A DNA stretch of 64,000 nt from Scyliorhinus canicula. Its lineage: Eukaryota. Where the stretch lies: assembly GCF_902713615.1 (NCBI RefSeq), contig NC_052175.1:7457941-7521940 (forward strand), written 5' to 3'. Shown piece by piece: positions 60,843 to 64,000 of the stretch. A program made the position numbers and the translations under genes. The notes under the pieces are model-generated. The model was not told the origin of the DNA and did no database searches. It saw only the letters and a program-made list of their open reading frames with translations. The first letter of the stretch is position 1. The number at the start of each line of letters is the position of its first letter.

Positions 60843-61256
60843 CGTGCGATTCAAACCCAGAAAGCTCGGTTCGGTGACAGTGGCAATGCTATTCCACCAA
60901 CAACGCTCTGCACTGAGCCACCGGAGTAATTCTGGCATCAATAGATACGCGTGGCACAACATTGGGTGAAACTGTCACTGAAATATTATAATCAAATTCT
61001 AGCCCCCCATCTGTTATGTTGTTGTTAAAACTAGAACAAGTTTGGGTTATGGATGAGTTAAACGAATCACTCGGCATTGGTGGCTATTGTTCTGTGTCCA
61101 CGTGAAATTCACAATCAGTACTCTGGTTTGAAACGAGCCTCATTGCCTTTATTTCACAATATGAACTAATCTGCACTGTGCAACGCCATTCACGCGTGCA
61201 CAACACCAGATCAAACGCTTGCCCTTTGCAGACAGGGCTGTGCGTGGGCGCCCCAA
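60843..61256 (-). pseudogene. Orphan 414-nt phase 1-1 pseudo-exon, probable extracellular domain, family unassigned
   Basis: Acceptor ttttcctgtttacag, donor ACG|gtaagt. 138 codons in one frame with two TAG stops and several N-x-S/T sequons. Confidence 0.4.
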
Positions 61257-62641
61257 CTGTAAACAGGAAAACCTCAGGCAAGATTCATGTTTCTCTGCTT
61301 TTATTCCATCGTGTTATTTTTAAACGCGACACGTCGACACTGCAAAACAATTTGCATTTTCACCAACTCTTTTAAGCACAGAAAGCGAACATCGAGAGTC
61401 TCGAGAGAAACACCGGTTCTTATCTCACAGCAGACGTTCCTGGGATCTCAGAGCATGGTGATCTTAAGTTTCTATGCGTTGTTTCAACTCTTTCCAGGTT
61501 TGGTACTTTTTCCTTTCTTAGATTGTTCGAACTGCAGGGTAAGATGACTGAGACAATTACCCATGTAGCTCATTATTCCAATCGTCATATTCTAATATAT
61601 TAGCTTAATAGGAACCAAAGGTCATCCAGCACCTCGAGCATGTCCCACATTTAATTAGATCATGGCAGATCTGTGGCCATCTCCATATACCTGCCTTGGC
61701 CGATATCCCTCGCTACCTTTACTTAAGAACAAGCTATCCACCTCAGATTTAAATTAGCCACTGTTTTAGCTCCATCTGTTGTGTGTGGTGGAGTGTTCGG
61801 AACATTCACGAGCCTTTTACCGAATAAATACTTCCTAACATCTCTGCTGAACGGTTTGGCCCTAATATTTAGACTGTGCGCCATAGTTTTGAAATGTCCA
61901 ACCGGTTTTCAATAAATTTAGAGCACCAAATTAATTATTTTTCAATTAAGGGGCAATTTTACATGGTCAATCCACCTACTTTGCAGATCTTTGGGTTGTG
62001 TGGGCAAAGCTCACGCAAACACTGGTAGTAGGTGCAACCCCAAAGCGACAGTGACCCAGAACCGGGGTCGAACATCGGACCCCGGCACTGTTAGGCACCA
62101 GGGCTAACCACTGCGGCACCATGCTGACAGTTTGCAAACCTAACTTCTACTCCCTCCAAAGCAAAAATATCCTTCCTGAGGTGTGGTACCCAACACGCTT
62201 CATGTTGCACATTTTATGTTGCATTACTGAATTAAAACCATATGATCTTAATGGCTCACACGGCAACAGTCTCCCTGCTATCGGAGGAGATATTAAACCT
62301 CGAAACGCTATCTGCCACTCTGCGATCAGAAACATCCCATCGCACTATTACCCGAAGAGCGGAGGACGGGTGGGGGGTGTGGTAGGTGAATTTATCCCAG
62401 TGCCTTGGTGGCCAATATCTACTCTTCCACAAACATCATGAAAAACATGATCTGAATCCTGATCACTTTGTGGGATCTCCCGTTGCAAACATTTGGGCTG
62501 CTGCGATTCCTATAATGCAACGGCTACGACATTTCATGTAACGCCCTCGAATGTCTGCAAAGCGGTTCTTTCCATTTTGGGCCTGTTATCGTTTCAAATG
62601 TAATCCTCAGCGTTTGTTCTGTGAGCGAAATTACTGAGAGG

Positions 62642-62678
62642 ATGGTCCATTTTATAGTTTATTGCTGTAGGTGGATCG
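62642..62678 (+). CDS. VJ-C1 gene 2: probable leader exon
   Basis: MVHFIVYCCRWI+G, donor G|gtagag (weak), 64-nt intron. Joined to the V exon it gives the plausible signal peptide MVHFIVYCCRWIVIASQA. Confidence 0.5.
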
Positions 62679-62742
62679 GTAGAGGAAACAGTCTCTCTCC
62701 CTGCCATAACAGAATCTGTGCTGATGACTTTCTCTTTTTCAG

Positions 62743-63081
62743 TTATTGCATCGCAGGCAGCGTTATTCCAGACTCCGGCGGTTCAGAGTGTCACGCCTGG
62801 AAGTACCCTCAAGATGCATTGTCACACGGGTCGGTTGGCATGGGCTGCTGTCCACTGGTATATGCGGCAGAACCAGAAACATCTGCAGCTAGTTTATATT
62901 GTAACAAATTACAACCCTCCAAGCGGGAGATTTTCGGGAGAAATTAATGATAAGTCCACTATCTACACTCTGATCATCAGCGATGTCCAGGCCAATGATT
63001 CGGGGGTGTATTACTGTGGAGCTAAGGAGTACAGCACAGCCCCATTTAAGTTTGGAAACGGCTCCAAATTGCTCATCGCAG
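62743..63081 (+). CDS. VJ-C1 gene 2: germline-joined V-J exon (V-set Ig domain)
   Basis: Acceptor tctctttttcag, donor CAG|gtaata. 339-nt open phase 1-1 exon: ..LFQTPAVQSVTPGSTLKMHC..VHWY..RFSG..YTLIISDVQANDSGVYYC-GAKEYSTAPFK-FGNGSKLLIA. It has the canonical Cys/Trp/DxGxYYC residues and the J motif FGxG. Confidence 0.95.
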
Positions 63082-63164
63082 GTAATAATTACGATTATTT
63101 GCAACACAGACACCTCGGGTGTTTTGTCCAATCCTGATCCAATCTTACCTTTCCACCCCACCAG

Positions 63165-63467
63165 GCTCTCCAATAATCTACCTGTTAACTCTGCCACCGG
63201 AAGACATTTCCGGGATGAAAATTATCCCATTGGTGTGTTTGGTAAAGAAAGTGGATCCCGATTCTTTCGCCATCCTCTGGAATGTTTCTGGGCATATTAC
63301 GGACGCACAAACCGATTCTGGAATAATCGATACCGACGGATCCTACACTATCAGGAGTTTGATATATCTCCCCACGGAGATTTTTGGCAGCGGCGCTCGC
63401 TGCAATTGTGTTGTTCAAATTAACTCAAGTGTAAATCTGCTCAGTGAAATCGTCTCATCTCAGAGTG
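63165..63467 (+). CDS. VJ-C1 gene 2: C1-set constant exon
   Basis: 83-nt intron, acceptor ccaccccaccag. 303-nt open phase 1-1 exon: GSPIIYLLTLPPEDISGMKIIPLVCLVKKVDPDSFAILWNVSG..DGSYTIRSLIYLPTEIFGSGARCNCVVQ..; donor GTG|gtatcg. Confidence 0.93.
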
Positions 63468-63541
63468 GTATCGATTATCATTTTCCTTTTGTATTTAATG
63501 CGCGGCTTGTTCGTTTTTAATATCTCTTTGTGCATTTAAAG

Positions 63542-63645
63542 TCACTCCTTCTCCCATATATTTCGTCATTGCAATGTTCATCTATCTGATTCCTTCTATC
63601 TGTTTAGTTGGGATCAACGTGTATGGGGTGGTGGGGGGATTGTGA
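63542..63645 (+). CDS. VJ-C1 gene 2: transmembrane exon
   Basis: 74-nt intron, acceptor ctctttgtgcatttaaag. In frame: VTPSPIYFVIAMFIYLIPSICLVGINVYGVVGGL*. It either ends at TGA 63643-63645 or splices out near 63620-63627. Confidence 0.72.
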
Positions 63646-64000
63646 TCGGCCACATTCTGTCGTGTCAGTAATTAAATCATCATCTTAAACACCAGATTTA
63701 GTTCAGATATCAACCTCCAATATTCTTGAGGAAAGTGTCGCGTTCTCTTCAATCTTTTCTGATATTTGGAACCTTTCTATTGTCGTATGGTACCAATGAA
63801 ACGCCTTTGTTGCACTTTCCAGGAGCCACTGAAGCTTTATATTATACTCAGATATCGGGAATTGGTCACAGGGCTTACATTGATGCCAGATTCCCGTTTG
63901 CTATAACTTTAACATTGTATTCCATTAATGGAAAATGACCGGCAAAGGAGATTGTGTTTTAAGGCCTTATTATGCTGCATTGCTACTCTGAGTGATAGAA

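Noticed and set aside
63035-63041. CACAGCC heptamer-like motif in the germline CDR3 of gene 2 as an RSS relic
   Set aside because: No nonamer resembling ACAAAAACC at 12 or 23 nt spacing. A 5/7 match is expected by chance.
62743-63467. Conventional TCR or Ig light-chain locus
   Set aside because: V and J are fused in the germline, the V-C intron is only 83 nt, there are no RSS or J clusters, and the TM lacks the TCR basic residues. Ig light chains have no TM exon.

Overview
Vertebrate genomic DNA, very probably a cartilaginous fish. This is inferred from the many HE1-type V-SINEs and from CR1 LINEs that share their (TTCTATG)n tail. The window is dominated by retroelements: many CR1 copies of several ages (one with an intact 948-codon EN+RT frame), SINEs, a Ty3/gypsy-like pol remnant, an L1-type ORF1 remnant, and a Penelope-like element with inverted arms, hammerhead-ribozyme motifs and a 12-bp TSD. 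Tandem repeats are a ~26.6 x 131-bp array at the 5' end of a CR1 and two paralogous ~16-bp minisatellites. The host genes I can support come from spliced exons assembled by eye. At the right end is a tandem pair of non-rearranging antigen-receptor-like genes (leader / germline-joined V-J / C1 / TM): one apparently intact (62642-63645+) and one pseudogenised (55274-~57110). At 9.4-10.7 kb are the first two coding exons of a minus-strand Ly6/uPAR three-finger gene. Between the two receptor genes lies a 414-nt phase-symmetric orphan pseudo-exon on the minus strand. The VJ-C1 receptor pair is the most interesting system here. Repeat boundaries are approximate and no database search was run.
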